Positions 1 through 9,160 of a DNA stretch of 64,000 nt are shown one piece after another (the stretch's first letter is position 1; each line of letters begins with the position of its first letter). The notes below the pieces were generated by a model that made no database searches, was not told where the DNA came from, and saw nothing but the letters and a program-made list of their open reading frames with translations. The position numbers were made by a program, and so were the translations under genes. Source of the DNA: Candidatus Sericytochromatia bacterium (GTDB lineage: Bacteria; Cyanobacteriota; Sericytochromatia; S15B-MN24; VGJW01); contig JAYKHS010000028.1 of assembly GCA_035285865.1 (NCBI GenBank), forward strand, positions 44,044 to 108,043, in the 5' to 3' direction.

Positions 1-1
1 C

Positions 2-205
2 GACCCGGCCGTCGGTTCCAGTTGTCTTGCCGAGCAGCGGATGCTCGAGAAGATCGGGACGGGCACCATGGTCACGCCCTTCATGCAGGACGGCGATCGC
101 ATCGAGTTGGACCTGCTCCTGCCGGATGGCCGCTCGCTCTGCGGCCGCATCGACCAGAAGGTGGTGCCTGCGGCCCGCCGTGTCGTGGCCGGGAGCGCGG
201 GGTGA
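2..205 (+). CDS. fumarylacetoacetate hydrolase (FAH) family protein, C-terminal fragment (5' end outside window)
   Basis: Frame-2 translation DPAVGSSCLAEQRMLEKIGTGTMVTPFMQDGDRIELDLLLPDGRSLCGRIDQKVVPA matches the conserved C-terminus of fumarylacetoacetases (ML-E...G...F-DGD-V...G...G.C.GKV-PA). Stop TGA at 203-205. Confidence 0.55.
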   Translation, partial: DPAVGSSCLAEQRMLEKIGTGTMVTPFMQDGDRIELDLLLPDGRSLCGRIDQKVVPAARRVVAGSAG

Positions 206-1167
206 GCCCCACGGGTCCTGAAGGCCTGCGCATCCTCGCGTCGGGACTCTTCGATCACGCCGGCACCTTTCCGCCGGCGGCGCTTCCTTTCGACGAGGCT
301 CTGGCCAAGGCTGCGGTCTTTCCGGAACGATTGGTCCGGCCGTGGCTGGTGGCAGCCGATCTCGTCGTGACGATGGCGCAGTTGGCCGAGCTCGACGCGG
401 ACCGCCTGCGCGCGGCTGGTTTCCGGGAGGGCCGCATGCTTCGCTGGGTCGTGCTGGGACCCGTGCTCAAGCCCGATGGGCCGGCCGCCGTGCATGCCGA
501 CCTGCTGGCGTGGCTGGCGGCACCATCGAATCCGTTGTTTCCACAGGTTGTGGCCAGTTACGAGGTCAGGGTCACCTGCCGACCCGGGGCCATCGGTTGG
601 TTGCCCGAAGCCCTCGCGCCCATGGTGTCCGTGCTTGCGGACCGGGGCATTCGTCTCGTCGTCGAGCCGGACTGGGCTCCCGATGACTGGTTGGTCGGTG
701 GATCCCAGCTGGCCGAATGCCTCGCCCGGATGCCTGAGCCTCGCCCCCTGCTCAAGGTCCGCGGATCCGGACCCACCGCCATCGACCTGCCCGCGCTCGC
801 CCATGTGATCGCGCTCGTGGCCCGGCATGGCTTGGGCCTCAAGGCTACTGCGGGCCTCCATCATCCCGTGCGGGAGGAGCGGTGGGGGAACGATCTGGGC
901 TTTCTCTCGCTGGCGGCGGCTTTGCGCTTCAGGCAGGCCCTCGGGAAGGAGGGCTTCCCGGATGCGGCTCTTCTGGCGTGTCTGGCCCAGGACGCTGTCC
1001 CCGGGGAGGATGCGTTCGGTTTCAGCCTGGACCAGGGCCTCGCGTGGAGGACCTGGAGCGTGGACAGCCTTGCCTTGGCCCGGATCGTTGGCCTGCAGCC
1101 GTTCTCGATCGGCAGCTGCAGCCTGGACGAGCCGGATGCGGATCTGGTCCGCGGTTTCGGTCGTTAG
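202..1167 (+). CDS. hypothetical protein (about 321 aa). GTG start overlaps the FAH stop (GTGA).
   Basis: Long ORF in the 22..1167 track frame. GTG at 202 overlaps the upstream stop in the same way as several other gene pairs in this window. No family recognised with confidence. Confidence 0.45.
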   Translation: MSPTGPEGLRILASGLFDHAGTFPPAALPFDEALAKAAVFPERLVRPWLVAADLVVTMAQLAELDADRLRAAGFREGRMLRWVVLGPVLKPDGPAAVHADLLAWLAAPSNPLFPQVVASYEVRVTCRPGAIGWLPEALAPMVSVLADRGIRLVVEPDWAPDDWLVGGSQLAECLARMPEPRPLLKVRGSGPTAIDLPALAHVIALVARHGLGLKATAGLHHPVREERWGNDLGFLSLAAALRFRQALGKEGFPDAALLACLAQDAVPGEDAFGFSLDQGLAWRTWSVDSLALARIVGLQPFSIGSCSLDEPDADLVRGFGR

Positions 1168-1173
1168 GGCGCT

Positions 1174-1827
1174 TCAGCGCACGCCGGCCATGGCGTCCGA
1201 CATCCGGACCAGGCGATGTTCGGTGCCTTCGATGCCCAGCAAGGTCCGCTTGACCAGGTTCAGGGCGCGCAGTTCGGCTGGCGAAGGACGGCCAAAGGGG
1301 CTGCTGTAGAGATCCTCGTGCAGGGCCTTCATCTCGAGGGCGAGCAGACCATGGCGTTCGAGCGCCCGCTCGGTCACGGTCTGGGCGACGCCCATGGCCT
1401 TGCGTCCGTCCGGCATCGGGATGCCTGCCTCGGCGTGCCGGATGGCCTCGAGCACACCTTGCATGTCGGTACGGATGTCCGCCAGAAGACCGATGCCGGT
1501 GAGCATGCGCGTCATCCGCATGTCCTCGTCCGCCTCTTCGCCGGGATCGGGGTAGGTCGCCGGCAGTATTTCCGCCAGGGCGGCCTTGAGCGTTCGGGTG
1601 TCTCGCTCTGCATCCGCGATGACCTGCAGCACCTGGCTCCTCAGCGCCGCGAGGCCCGGGTCTCGACGGCCAATCGAGAGGCTGTCGGGGCGAAGCGTGC
1701 TGCTGGTGCGTGCACGAGGGGTGCCGTCCGTGGTGCGCTCCGAGGTGGTCGGGGCCGTGGTCGGGGAACCGATGAAAAAGGAAAGCAAGGTCTTACTCCG
1801 AACAGTGTCATTGGCCTGGACGGCCAT
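1174..1827 (-). CDS. hypothetical protein, start uncertain
   Basis: ORF 1174..1866 on the minus strand, downstream of selO. The C-terminal two thirds have protein-like composition. The plus-strand ORF over the same DNA is R/G-rich antisense junk. Confidence 0.35.
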   Translation of the reverse strand: MAVQANDTVRSKTLLSFFIGSPTTAPTTSERTTDGTPRARTSSTLRPDSLSIGRRDPGLAALRSQVLQVIADAERDTRTLKAALAEILPATYPDPGEEADEDMRMTRMLTGIGLLADIRTDMQGVLEAIRHAEAGIPMPDGRKAMGVAQTVTERALERHGLLALEMKALHEDLYSSPFGRPSPAELRALNLVKRTLLGIEGTEHRLVRMSDAMAGVR

Positions 1828-1918
1828 ACCGGAGTGTCGCGCGCCTCGCACCGCTTCGTGCGGCATCCTTGGCCAAGGCAGGGTTAAGCGACGCCCAAGG
1901 AATGTTGAACGGGCTGCG

Positions 1919-3475
1919 TCAGGAGCTGCAGGACAGAGTGGCGCAACCGGGCGTGTCGTCGGCCCATCGCGGGGGCTTCGCCATCAGGTCTGCGATGTCG
2001 CCGCGCTCCGTCCACGGGTCTCGCATGGCTTCGGCAAGACGTGCCAGGGGCCGCGTGTCTCCACCTTCCGCCGCACGGATGACCTCGAGCAGGAGATGGT
2101 TCCGCGGCAGCAGGATCGGGTTGCTTCGGTCCATGACGGCCCGACGTTCCGCCGTTGGCCACGCATCCTCCCGGACGCGGGCCTGCCATCGCGCGACCCA
2201 GGTGGCAAGCGCTTCCCGAGCCTTGTCCTCGGCCTCTGACGGCAGGGCGTCGTCCATGGACTCCGCCCGGAATGCCTCGTGAGGGTCCACGCGCCCGAGG
2301 AGCCGATGGAATAGGGTCCGGTCGGCCCGGGATGTCTCCAGCATGGTCCACATGGCCTCGATCAGCGCATCGTCCTCGGCCCCGCGGTGCACGGCCAGGC
2401 CTAGTTTGGCGGCCATCCCGGCACGGTCCAGATCGGCATAACTGCGCTGGTACGCTTCGAGGCCCGCCTCGAGTTCCTTCAGGTCTAGACCGAGCGGCAG
2501 CAGGGCTTCGGCCAGGCGGGCGAGGTTCCATCCCGCGATGAGAGGCTGTCGAGCATAGCAGTAACGCCTGCCGGCGAAGTCCGTCGTGTTGGGCGTGAAG
2601 GCCGGATCGTAGGCGGACAGCCAGCCGAAGGGTCCGTAGTCGATGGTCAGCCCCAGGATGCTCATGTTGTCGGTGTTCATCACGCCATGGACAAACCCCA
2701 GATGCATCCACCGCACGACCATGGCTGCCGTACGGCGACAGACCTCGTGGAACAGCGCCGTCCAGCCTTCACGTCCGGGCGCGCCCAGGCCCGGGTAGAG
2801 CCGATTCAGGACATGGTTGACAAGGGCTTCGAGTTGTTCGGTTTCCTGATGAGCGGCAAGGATCTGGAAGTGGCCGAAGCGAACGAACGAGGGTGCCACG
2901 CGGGTCACGACGGCACCGGGCTCGTGCCGGGGATGGCCATCGTAGAACATGTCCCGGATGACGGGCTCTCCCGTGGCGACGAGGGCGAGGGAGCGCGTGG
3001 TGGGGACGCCCAGAGCGGCCATGGCTTCGCTGCAGAGGTGTTCCCGAATCGAGGAGCGCAGCACGGCGCGCCCGTCGGCATGGCGCGAGTAGGGCGTGCG
3101 ACCGGCTCCCTTGAGCTGCAGGTCCTGCATGGTGCCAGCCACGTCCCGGAGTGCGCCGATGACCGTTGCCCTGCCGTCCCCCAGTTGTCCGGCCCACGTG
3201 CCGAATTGATGGCCGCCGTAGCGTGCGGCCCAGGGCATGGGGGCACCCGGGTCGAGCCGACCACCCAGTTGGGCGATGGTTTCAGCGTCCGGTTCCGCCA
3301 GGCCCAGGCTGTCGGCGAGCGGGCCGGACCAGTCGAGCAGCACGGGTGCCGGTGGAGGTTCAGGAGGCGCAGGCGACCAGATCACGTCTCGGACCTGGCG
3401 CGGCTCCGGCAGGACGTGGTCTTCTCCGGGCAGATCCGTGGCAAAAGGTGAGGGTTGGAGCGGCAGGTACGGCAC
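1919..3475 (-). CDS. selO: protein adenylyltransferase SelO (YdiU/UPF0061 family)
   Basis: 518-aa ORF with the characteristic SelO motifs: GGHQFG...AGQLGDGRA, KGAGRTPYSR.ADGRAVLRSSIREHLCSEAM, and LGVPTTRSLAL. Confidence 0.9.
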   Translation of the reverse strand: MPYLPLQPSPFATDLPGEDHVLPEPRQVRDVIWSPAPPEPPPAPVLLDWSGPLADSLGLAEPDAETIAQLGGRLDPGAPMPWAARYGGHQFGTWAGQLGDGRATVIGALRDVAGTMQDLQLKGAGRTPYSRHADGRAVLRSSIREHLCSEAMAALGVPTTRSLALVATGEPVIRDMFYDGHPRHEPGAVVTRVAPSFVRFGHFQILAAHQETEQLEALVNHVLNRLYPGLGAPGREGWTALFHEVCRRTAAMVVRWMHLGFVHGVMNTDNMSILGLTIDYGPFGWLSAYDPAFTPNTTDFAGRRYCYARQPLIAGWNLARLAEALLPLGLDLKELEAGLEAYQRSYADLDRAGMAAKLGLAVHRGAEDDALIEAMWTMLETSRADRTLFHRLLGRVDPHEAFRAESMDDALPSEAEDKAREALATWVARWQARVREDAWPTAERRAVMDRSNPILLPRNHLLLEVIRAAEGGDTRPLARLAEAMRDPWTERGDIADLMAKPPRWADDTPGCATLSCSS

Positions 3476-3484
3476 GACGGGATC

Positions 3485-4894
3485 CTAGCGCTTCCAGAGG
3501 TTTCGCCACCACGGCTCCGGCGTCGCGGTGGTCCCGAGGCCGGCGTCGCGCCTCAGCTTGGCGGTCGACCATCCTGTCAGGTTGGCGGCCGTGCGAATCT
3601 CCTCTTCCTGACGTCGCCGCAGGGAGTCCTTGTAGGTCTTGCCCTCGGGGCATGCGGCGGGCCCTGTGAAGGGGTGCTGGAGGACGAAGCGGACCTGGAA
3701 GTTCTCGCGATCCCGGGTCTCCTGGAAGATCAGGTCTTCGGGAAAGGTTTCGGCCGAATAGCGGACGTGCAGGCGGGTTACCACCGCATCCACGGGACCG
3801 CCGCCCGGCACGGGCACGCGCCGACGGCCCGGGATCAAGCCGGGGCGTGTGTTCTCGGCACTCTCGTCGTCCAGCCACCATACGCCCAGCTGGCGAAGCT
3901 GGTCGGCGGAGAGCGGGTCCGCGGCGCAGGGATCGCACCACCCCATGTCCCAGAAGTGCTCGGTGAAGACTGCGCGCTGGTCTTCACGCTTCCACGCCGT
4001 CTCGAACATGGCCTTGTAGAACGCCTTGAAGTCCTTCTTCAGATGGACGGGAATCGTCTTGCCGGTCGGCAACTTCACCGTTCGATAGTTGGTGGTCTCG
4101 ACGCGACCCTTTCGGGTGATCGCGTAGACCAGCATGTCCTGGGGGCCCTTGGCGTTGGCCATGCCCAGCCGGATGGGCAACATGAACTTCGGGCTCTCGA
4201 AGGCGAACTGCAGGGGCCGGAGGTGCTGCAGGCCGGTCTTGGCCTGTTCGCCCAGGTTGACCTTGGCGACGAAGAACTTGTGTCCGGTGCGGATGTAGGG
4301 TGCCAGCGCCCTTCGCGCCTTTGGGGGGATTCGGTAGCCGTTCTGGCGCAGCCAGGTCTCGAGGCCCGTGGACTCCCGGGCCGACAGGATCAGGATGTCG
4401 TATTCGCCGACGGTATATTGCGCCTCGATGACGACGCCAAGCTCGGCTGACTTGCGCGCGCTGCCAGCCATCGGGGCCGCTCCTGGGGCCGAGGACATGC
4501 GTTCATCCAGCATCCCCCTGCGGCGGATGTCATTGCAGGGATCGTCGTCGAAGTACTCGACGAGGCGCGGGGCCGTGAAGGCGTCCAGATGATCGAACAC
4601 GGCGCGTTCGGCTACGTTGATCTGTTCGCGTTGCAGCACGGCGGGTACCGGCACGACCATGGCGAACTCCTTGAGCGGTCCCTTGTAGTCGCTGGCCATG
4701 CCGATCACGGTGCGGTTGCCTTCCCGGACCATCACCACCCGCGAGGTCTCGTTGTAGAGGGAGGCATCCGCCTTGGCCACATAGAACCCGCAGAAAGCGC
4801 GGGCCTCAGGCGGTGCGGCAAGGCTGGCCGCGACCAGGAGGGCTGCGAGCAGGGCGGGGCGACGGCGCTCAGGCCGGGGCGACGACGGGGGCAT
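3485..4894 (-). CDS. secreted DUF2330-family protein
   Basis: 469 aa with N-terminal signal peptide (LLAALLVAASLAAPPEARA). The FCGFYVAK motif and overall length are typical of DUF2330 proteins as I remember them. Confidence 0.55.
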   Translation of the reverse strand: MPPSSPRPERRRPALLAALLVAASLAAPPEARAFCGFYVAKADASLYNETSRVVMVREGNRTVIGMASDYKGPLKEFAMVVPVPAVLQREQINVAERAVFDHLDAFTAPRLVEYFDDDPCNDIRRRGMLDERMSSAPGAAPMAGSARKSAELGVVIEAQYTVGEYDILILSARESTGLETWLRQNGYRIPPKARRALAPYIRTGHKFFVAKVNLGEQAKTGLQHLRPLQFAFESPKFMLPIRLGMANAKGPQDMLVYAITRKGRVETTNYRTVKLPTGKTIPVHLKKDFKAFYKAMFETAWKREDQRAVFTEHFWDMGWCDPCAADPLSADQLRQLGVWWLDDESAENTRPGLIPGRRRVPVPGGGPVDAVVTRLHVRYSAETFPEDLIFQETRDRENFQVRFVLQHPFTGPAACPEGKTYKDSLRRRQEEEIRTAANLTGWSTAKLRRDAGLGTTATPEPWWRNLWKR

Positions 4895-5696
4895 CGGGAT
4901 GGCCTCGCAGGGATGAGGGCGGCACGGGCCACTGATGGCGCGTTGCCCGGAGCAGACGATCGAGGACGGGGACGAGCGGTGTACACAGGACGAGCGCCAC
5001 GACAGGGCCGTGCGGACGGTAAAGGCCGTACTGCCAGAAGAATGCGACCAGCGCCACGATGGCGGCGTGCATGAATCTGGCCCATCGGTGATCAGGCGTG
5101 GTGCGCGGGTCGGAAATCATGAAAAACGCGAACAGGATGAGCGAGCCGGTGGTGAATTGATGGCCGAGCACGCCCCAGTTCTGCCCCAGCCAGCCGATCC
5201 GCCCGGCGCAGAGGGCAGACCAGCAAGCGAGGAAGCCGAGCGCGCTGTCCATGCGTCCGGCGCGCAGCGTGACACCCGTGCCCAACATCAGGATCCAGCC
5301 GGCCAGGATCCACGCGTGCCCCCACTGGCCGGGTGAGGTCCACGCACCCGGGAGCAGTGCCATGGCGACGACGACACCCAAGTTGGCCGGATTGAAGAGA
5401 GCCTTGTCCTGCCAACGCAGCGTGAACTTGGCCACGATGCCCAGCGTGGCACAGAGCGGATGAACCCAGAGGTTGTCCGCCCGGACAAGCAGGCTGAGGC
5501 CGAGGCCGGTAATGGCTGCGCTGGCCATATTCCTGCCCTTGCCCAGAAGGCCCTGCCAGGCAAGGGCCGTAGCGAGGCACAGGAGCACTTGCACCGGCTG
5601 CAGGGAAAAGTCTCGGACCAGCACGCCGAAGAGCAGCAGGGATCCAAGGAAAGTCAGTTGCAGGATCCTGGGGTCTTCGTGATGCAGCATCACCAC
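4869..5696 (-). CDS. polytopic membrane protein, possibly NqrB/RnfD-like
   Basis: 275 aa with multiple hydrophobic segments. A C-terminal FFMISDPRTTP motif resembles the FFM-TDP-T signature of the RnfD/NqrB family. Overlaps the DUF2330 gene start by 26 nt. Confidence 0.4.
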   Translation of the reverse strand: MVMLHHEDPRILQLTFLGSLLLFGVLVRDFSLQPVQVLLCLATALAWQGLLGKGRNMASAAITGLGLSLLVRADNLWVHPLCATLGIVAKFTLRWQDKALFNPANLGVVVAMALLPGAWTSPGQWGHAWILAGWILMLGTGVTLRAGRMDSALGFLACWSALCAGRIGWLGQNWGVLGHQFTTGSLILFAFFMISDPRTTPDHRWARFMHAAIVALVAFFWQYGLYRPHGPVVALVLCTPLVPVLDRLLRATRHQWPVPPSSLRGHPDAPVVAPA

Positions 5697-5727
5697 GCGG
5701 CGCAGCCCTCCGACGACGAGGGCAAGT

Positions 5728-6576
5728 CTAGATGCCGCAGTTCGAACAATCCTCGATGGCCGGGACCACGGGATCCAGCGTCACGCCGACCTGGGTCCTG
5801 TCCGTGGAGACCCCTTCGTCCAGCACGAGGTTGAGCGCGATCGGGGAAGCACCCGACCCGGAACTCACGATGGCGTCCGTGTAGCCGAGGACCTTGCGCT
5901 TGGTTGCATCGGGATGCGCATCCCAGGCCACCGCGAACGCCAGATAGCGGTGGGCACCAGTGCCGTCATCCGCCGCGAGGTTTCCGAAGCGCAAGTTCGA
6001 GGGAGCACCTCCGCTCTGGAGCAGCGACTCGCCATCCAGAAAGTCACGGATCATGTAGCGCCGGGGTTCGATGCGGTACTTGTTGGAGTTGCCCAGATCC
6101 AGATAGGCGTTGCCGGCGAGGCTGTCACTGGGATGGCGGGTCGAGCCGTAGCTGCTCGGTGTACCCAGGATGGCGGGCAGGGCGGCTGCGTGAGGGCCGC
6201 TGAACCAGTCGTAGGTTCCGGACTGCAACTGCGAAGCAGTGGAGCCGTTCTGGTAGCTGCCGACCACGTACCAGCCGAGGCGTGCCACTTCGTTTGCCGA
6301 AGTGCCGAAGTCGAAGACGCCGGCCATGACCTTGCCGATGCCCAGATCGCTGGCCAGTCCCTGCGCCTTGCGCACGGTCGGCACGCCCAAGGCGAGGTCG
6401 ACGGAGAAGGTGCCGGCAGATGCGGCCCTGACTTCATCACGCGCCGCCCGTGTTTCCGTAACCCCTGGACGGTCGCCAGGCACTCTCTGCTGCAGGGGTA
6501 ACGCGGCACACCCCGCAGTCGCCGCGATGAGGCCGACGAGGCTCAGTGCACGCCCGGAGACATGGGGTCGGTTCAT
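5728..6576 (-). CDS. lipoprotein, unknown function
   Basis: N-terminal signal with lipobox (LIAATAGC). 282 aa, Gly/Ser-rich. Confidence 0.55.
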   Translation of the reverse strand: MNRPHVSGRALSLVGLIAATAGCAALPLQQRVPGDRPGVTETRAARDEVRAASAGTFSVDLALGVPTVRKAQGLASDLGIGKVMAGVFDFGTSANEVARLGWYVVGSYQNGSTASQLQSGTYDWFSGPHAAALPAILGTPSSYGSTRHPSDSLAGNAYLDLGNSNKYRIEPRRYMIRDFLDGESLLQSGGAPSNLRFGNLAADDGTGAHRYLAFAVAWDAHPDATKRKVLGYTDAIVSSGSGASPIALNLVLDEGVSTDRTQVGVTLDPVVPAIEDCSNCGI

Positions 6577-6606
6577 ATCGTCGACATGCCCGGCAGCCTG
6601 AGGTTT

Positions 6607-7554
6607 CTACCGAAGCTCGGAGAAGTCGTCCATGGCCCACGCCGACAACACGCGCCCCGTCGGCCACAAGCCGATGATGTGTCGCGAACGTCCCGATGGC
6701 GTGTACTTGTGGGCGAGGAAGCCATCCTCGGTCTGCCAGCTGCCGAGGATGGCATTGGGACCTCCCAGAACCCGATCAATCTCCGGCAGAGCGTCAAGTT
6801 TCCTTGTCTCAGGCTCGTAGGCGTGGAGGCCACGGGCCGACTCGAGGAGCAGCCGTCGTCCTGAAGGCGACATGCTGCAAGAGCGAATCGGGCCGAGGTC
6901 TCCCGTCCGCATGGTCCGGATCCGGCCGTCCTCGATGTCGACGAGGGCCACCTCGCCGCGTCGGTTGCGCACGAGTATTGTCCTGATCTCCGCGTCTCCC
7001 CAGGCTTCGGCGAGGCCTCCGCCCGGTGCCGCCCAGGCGGCTACGGTTGGCAGACGTGTCGTCCGGCCGCGCAGGGGCCAAGGACCGTGGTCGGGCCTGG
7101 GCACGCGGTGCCAGAGGCACAGCTGGTCCGGACCGTGGAAGGCGAGGCGCTTGCCGTCCGTCGAGACGGAGACACCCGAGAGGTTTCGCCCCGGCTCGCC
7201 CTCGATCAGGATGTTCCGGGCCGCAAGCATGTCCCATGCCAGAATCCGTCCGTCCCGGTCGTGGAAGATGAAGTTCTCCGGCGGGGGGCCGAGGACCGGA
7301 TTGCCGATACCGCTGCCTGTGCCGCTGATGCGCAGGCATTCGGCCCGCCGAGGAAGCAGCAGGTACAGATTGGAGGCCGTGTCTGCCACGAAGGGCACCG
7401 TGGTGTCGAAAATTCCCGTCGGGCTGGGCTGGCTAGCCTCGGACACCGGGTCGTGAGCGTCGGCAGGGAGGGGCATGGTTCCATCCCCGGGGCCTGCCGC
7501 GCACGCAACCATCGCAAGTAGCCCCACGTGGCGCAGGGTGCAGGGACGCAGCAT
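6607..7554 (-). CDS. lipoprotein, unknown function (possibly beta-propeller-like)
   Basis: Signal with lipobox (LLAMVACAAG). 315 aa. Confidence 0.5.
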   Translation of the reverse strand: MLRPCTLRHVGLLAMVACAAGPGDGTMPLPADAHDPVSEASQPSPTGIFDTTVPFVADTASNLYLLLPRRAECLRISGTGSGIGNPVLGPPPENFIFHDRDGRILAWDMLAARNILIEGEPGRNLSGVSVSTDGKRLAFHGPDQLCLWHRVPRPDHGPWPLRGRTTRLPTVAAWAAPGGGLAEAWGDAEIRTILVRNRRGEVALVDIEDGRIRTMRTGDLGPIRSCSMSPSGRRLLLESARGLHAYEPETRKLDALPEIDRVLGGPNAILGSWQTEDGFLAHKYTPSGRSRHIIGLWPTGRVLSAWAMDDFSELR

Positions 7555-7683
7555 CGGGTCCCATGATCCGGGTGAGAACCTCCCCCTGTCCCTGCTCCAT
7601 CTGACGACCTTTGCCGTCTGATCCGGTAGGGCCCTGCCCTGCCGGGGTACAATCGGGCGCTTTCGTGCGCGTCAGGAGGCTGC

Positions 7684-8655
7684 ATGATGTCCGCAATCGC
7701 CCCTTCCATCCCGGTGGTGCGCCTGGAGGATTACCGCGGTTCGGATCCGGTGCGGCGTGCCCGGTTCGTGCAGGCCCTCGGGGCAGGCCTCGAGCACTAC
7801 GGCTTCGTCACGCTGGATGGTCACGGCGTGGACCACGCGCTCATTCGCAAAGCCTATGGCCTGTTCGCCGAGTTCTTCGCGTTGCCCGAGGAGCTCAAGC
7901 TCACCTATGCCGGGGTCGAGGGCGGCCAGCGCGGTTACACCCCTTACGGCCGTGAACACGCCAAGGACAATCCTGTCGGCGATCTCAAGGAGTTCTGGCA
8001 CGTGGGCCGGGACTTGCCCGAGCAGCATCCTTACCACGGCCACTACCCGGCGAACGTCTGGCCGAGGGAAGTGCCCGAGTTGGCCGAGACCATGCGCATG
8101 CTCTATGGCCAGCTGGATGCCTGCGTCTCCTCGCTGCTCGAGGCCCTCGCCGACTATTTCGGCCTGGCGCGCCGTGCGTTTGCCGACATGGTCGTGGACG
8201 GCAATTCAATCATGCGGGCCATCCACTATCCCCCCGTGGTCGGGACCATTCCGCCCGGGGCCGTGCGCGCAGCCGCCCACGAGGACATCAACATCATCAC
8301 GTTGCTCTGCGAGGCCACGTCATCGGGGCTCGAGCTCCTGACACGGGACGGCGATTGGCTGCCCATCTCGGCACTCGAGGGCCAGATCGTCGTCGACTCG
8401 GGCGACATGCTTCAGCGCGTCACCAACGGCCGGATTCCCGCCACCACCCACCGTGTCGTCAATCCTGACGACGGGCACCAAGGAGCGCGCTACTCGATGC
8501 CGTTCTTCGTGCATCCGTACAGCGCTTGCGATCTGTCCGTCCTCGATGCCTTCGTCACCCCGGAGCAACCCGCGAAGTGGGCCCCGATCACGGCCGATGC
8601 CTACCTGAAGGAACGGTTGCGGCAGATCGGCCTGATGCGGGGCCCCGTGATGTAG
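7684..8655 (+). CDS. 2-oxoglutarate/Fe(II)-dependent oxygenase (isopenicillin N synthase-like family)
   Basis: 323 aa. Typical N-terminal region of this oxygenase family (PVVRLEDY..., FGFV...HGV) and the HxD...H facial triad region (AHEDINIITLL ... ATTHRV). Confidence 0.75.
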   Translation: MMSAIAPSIPVVRLEDYRGSDPVRRARFVQALGAGLEHYGFVTLDGHGVDHALIRKAYGLFAEFFALPEELKLTYAGVEGGQRGYTPYGREHAKDNPVGDLKEFWHVGRDLPEQHPYHGHYPANVWPREVPELAETMRMLYGQLDACVSSLLEALADYFGLARRAFADMVVDGNSIMRAIHYPPVVGTIPPGAVRAAAHEDINIITLLCEATSSGLELLTRDGDWLPISALEGQIVVDSGDMLQRVTNGRIPATTHRVVNPDDGHQGARYSMPFFVHPYSACDLSVLDAFVTPEQPAKWAPITADAYLKERLRQIGLMRGPVM

Positions 8656-8665
8656 CCTTCGGAAA

Positions 8666-9046
8666 TCAGTCGACAGGCGTTCCGGCCGCGGCCCACGCTT
8701 TCAGCATCGCGATCTGGTCCGGGGTGATGGAGCCCGGCTTGCGGGGCGGCATGCGGCCGCTCTCGATGGCGGCGACCAGCCGGTCGATGTTGCCGGAGAT
8801 GGCCTCCGTCCGGGGCGTGCCATCCTTCTCGAACATCGGCAACGGCGCGAAGAGGCGGCCGGCGTTGTGACAGGAGGCGCAGTTGTTCTTCAGCAGAGGC
8901 ACCACGTCCTTCTGGAAGGAGGGAGCCTGCTGGCGGGCGCGCAGAACCGTGGTCGGTGCCTGGCGCAGTCCGGGTTGGGCGCCGCAGCCGGCAATCAGGA
9001 CGGGCAGGACGAGCAGGGCACGGGTGGCGTGAGTCATAAAGGACAT
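8666..9046 (-). CDS. c-type cytochrome lipoprotein (monoheme)
   Basis: 126 aa. Signal with lipobox (LIAGCG). Heme-binding CxxCH motif (CASCH). Confidence 0.7.
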   Translation of the reverse strand: MSFMTHATRALLVLPVLIAGCGAQPGLRQAPTTVLRARQQAPSFQKDVVPLLKNNCASCHNAGRLFAPLPMFEKDGTPRTEAISGNIDRLVAAIESGRMPPRKPGSITPDQIAMLKAWAAAGTPVD

Positions 9047-9054
9047 CAGTGTTC

Positions 9055-9160
9055 TCCGGAAAGGTCTCAGCGAGGACAGGAGAACAGTAACAAGGCCTTG
9101 GGGTGTTAATGAATATTTTGTTTATGGATTGTTTCGATTTTGTTTTTTCAGGGCTGTCCG
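9055..9160. promoter_or_regulatory. AT-rich intergenic region with an inverted repeat: likely promoter/5'UTR of the cytochrome c gene and terminator of the upstream gene
   Basis: Sequence gtgttaatgaatattttgtttatggattgtttcgattttgtttttt is far more AT-rich than the roughly 69% GC background. Inverted repeat gttctcc(N23)ggagaac at about 9051-9087 overlaps the RBS region. Confidence 0.35.
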
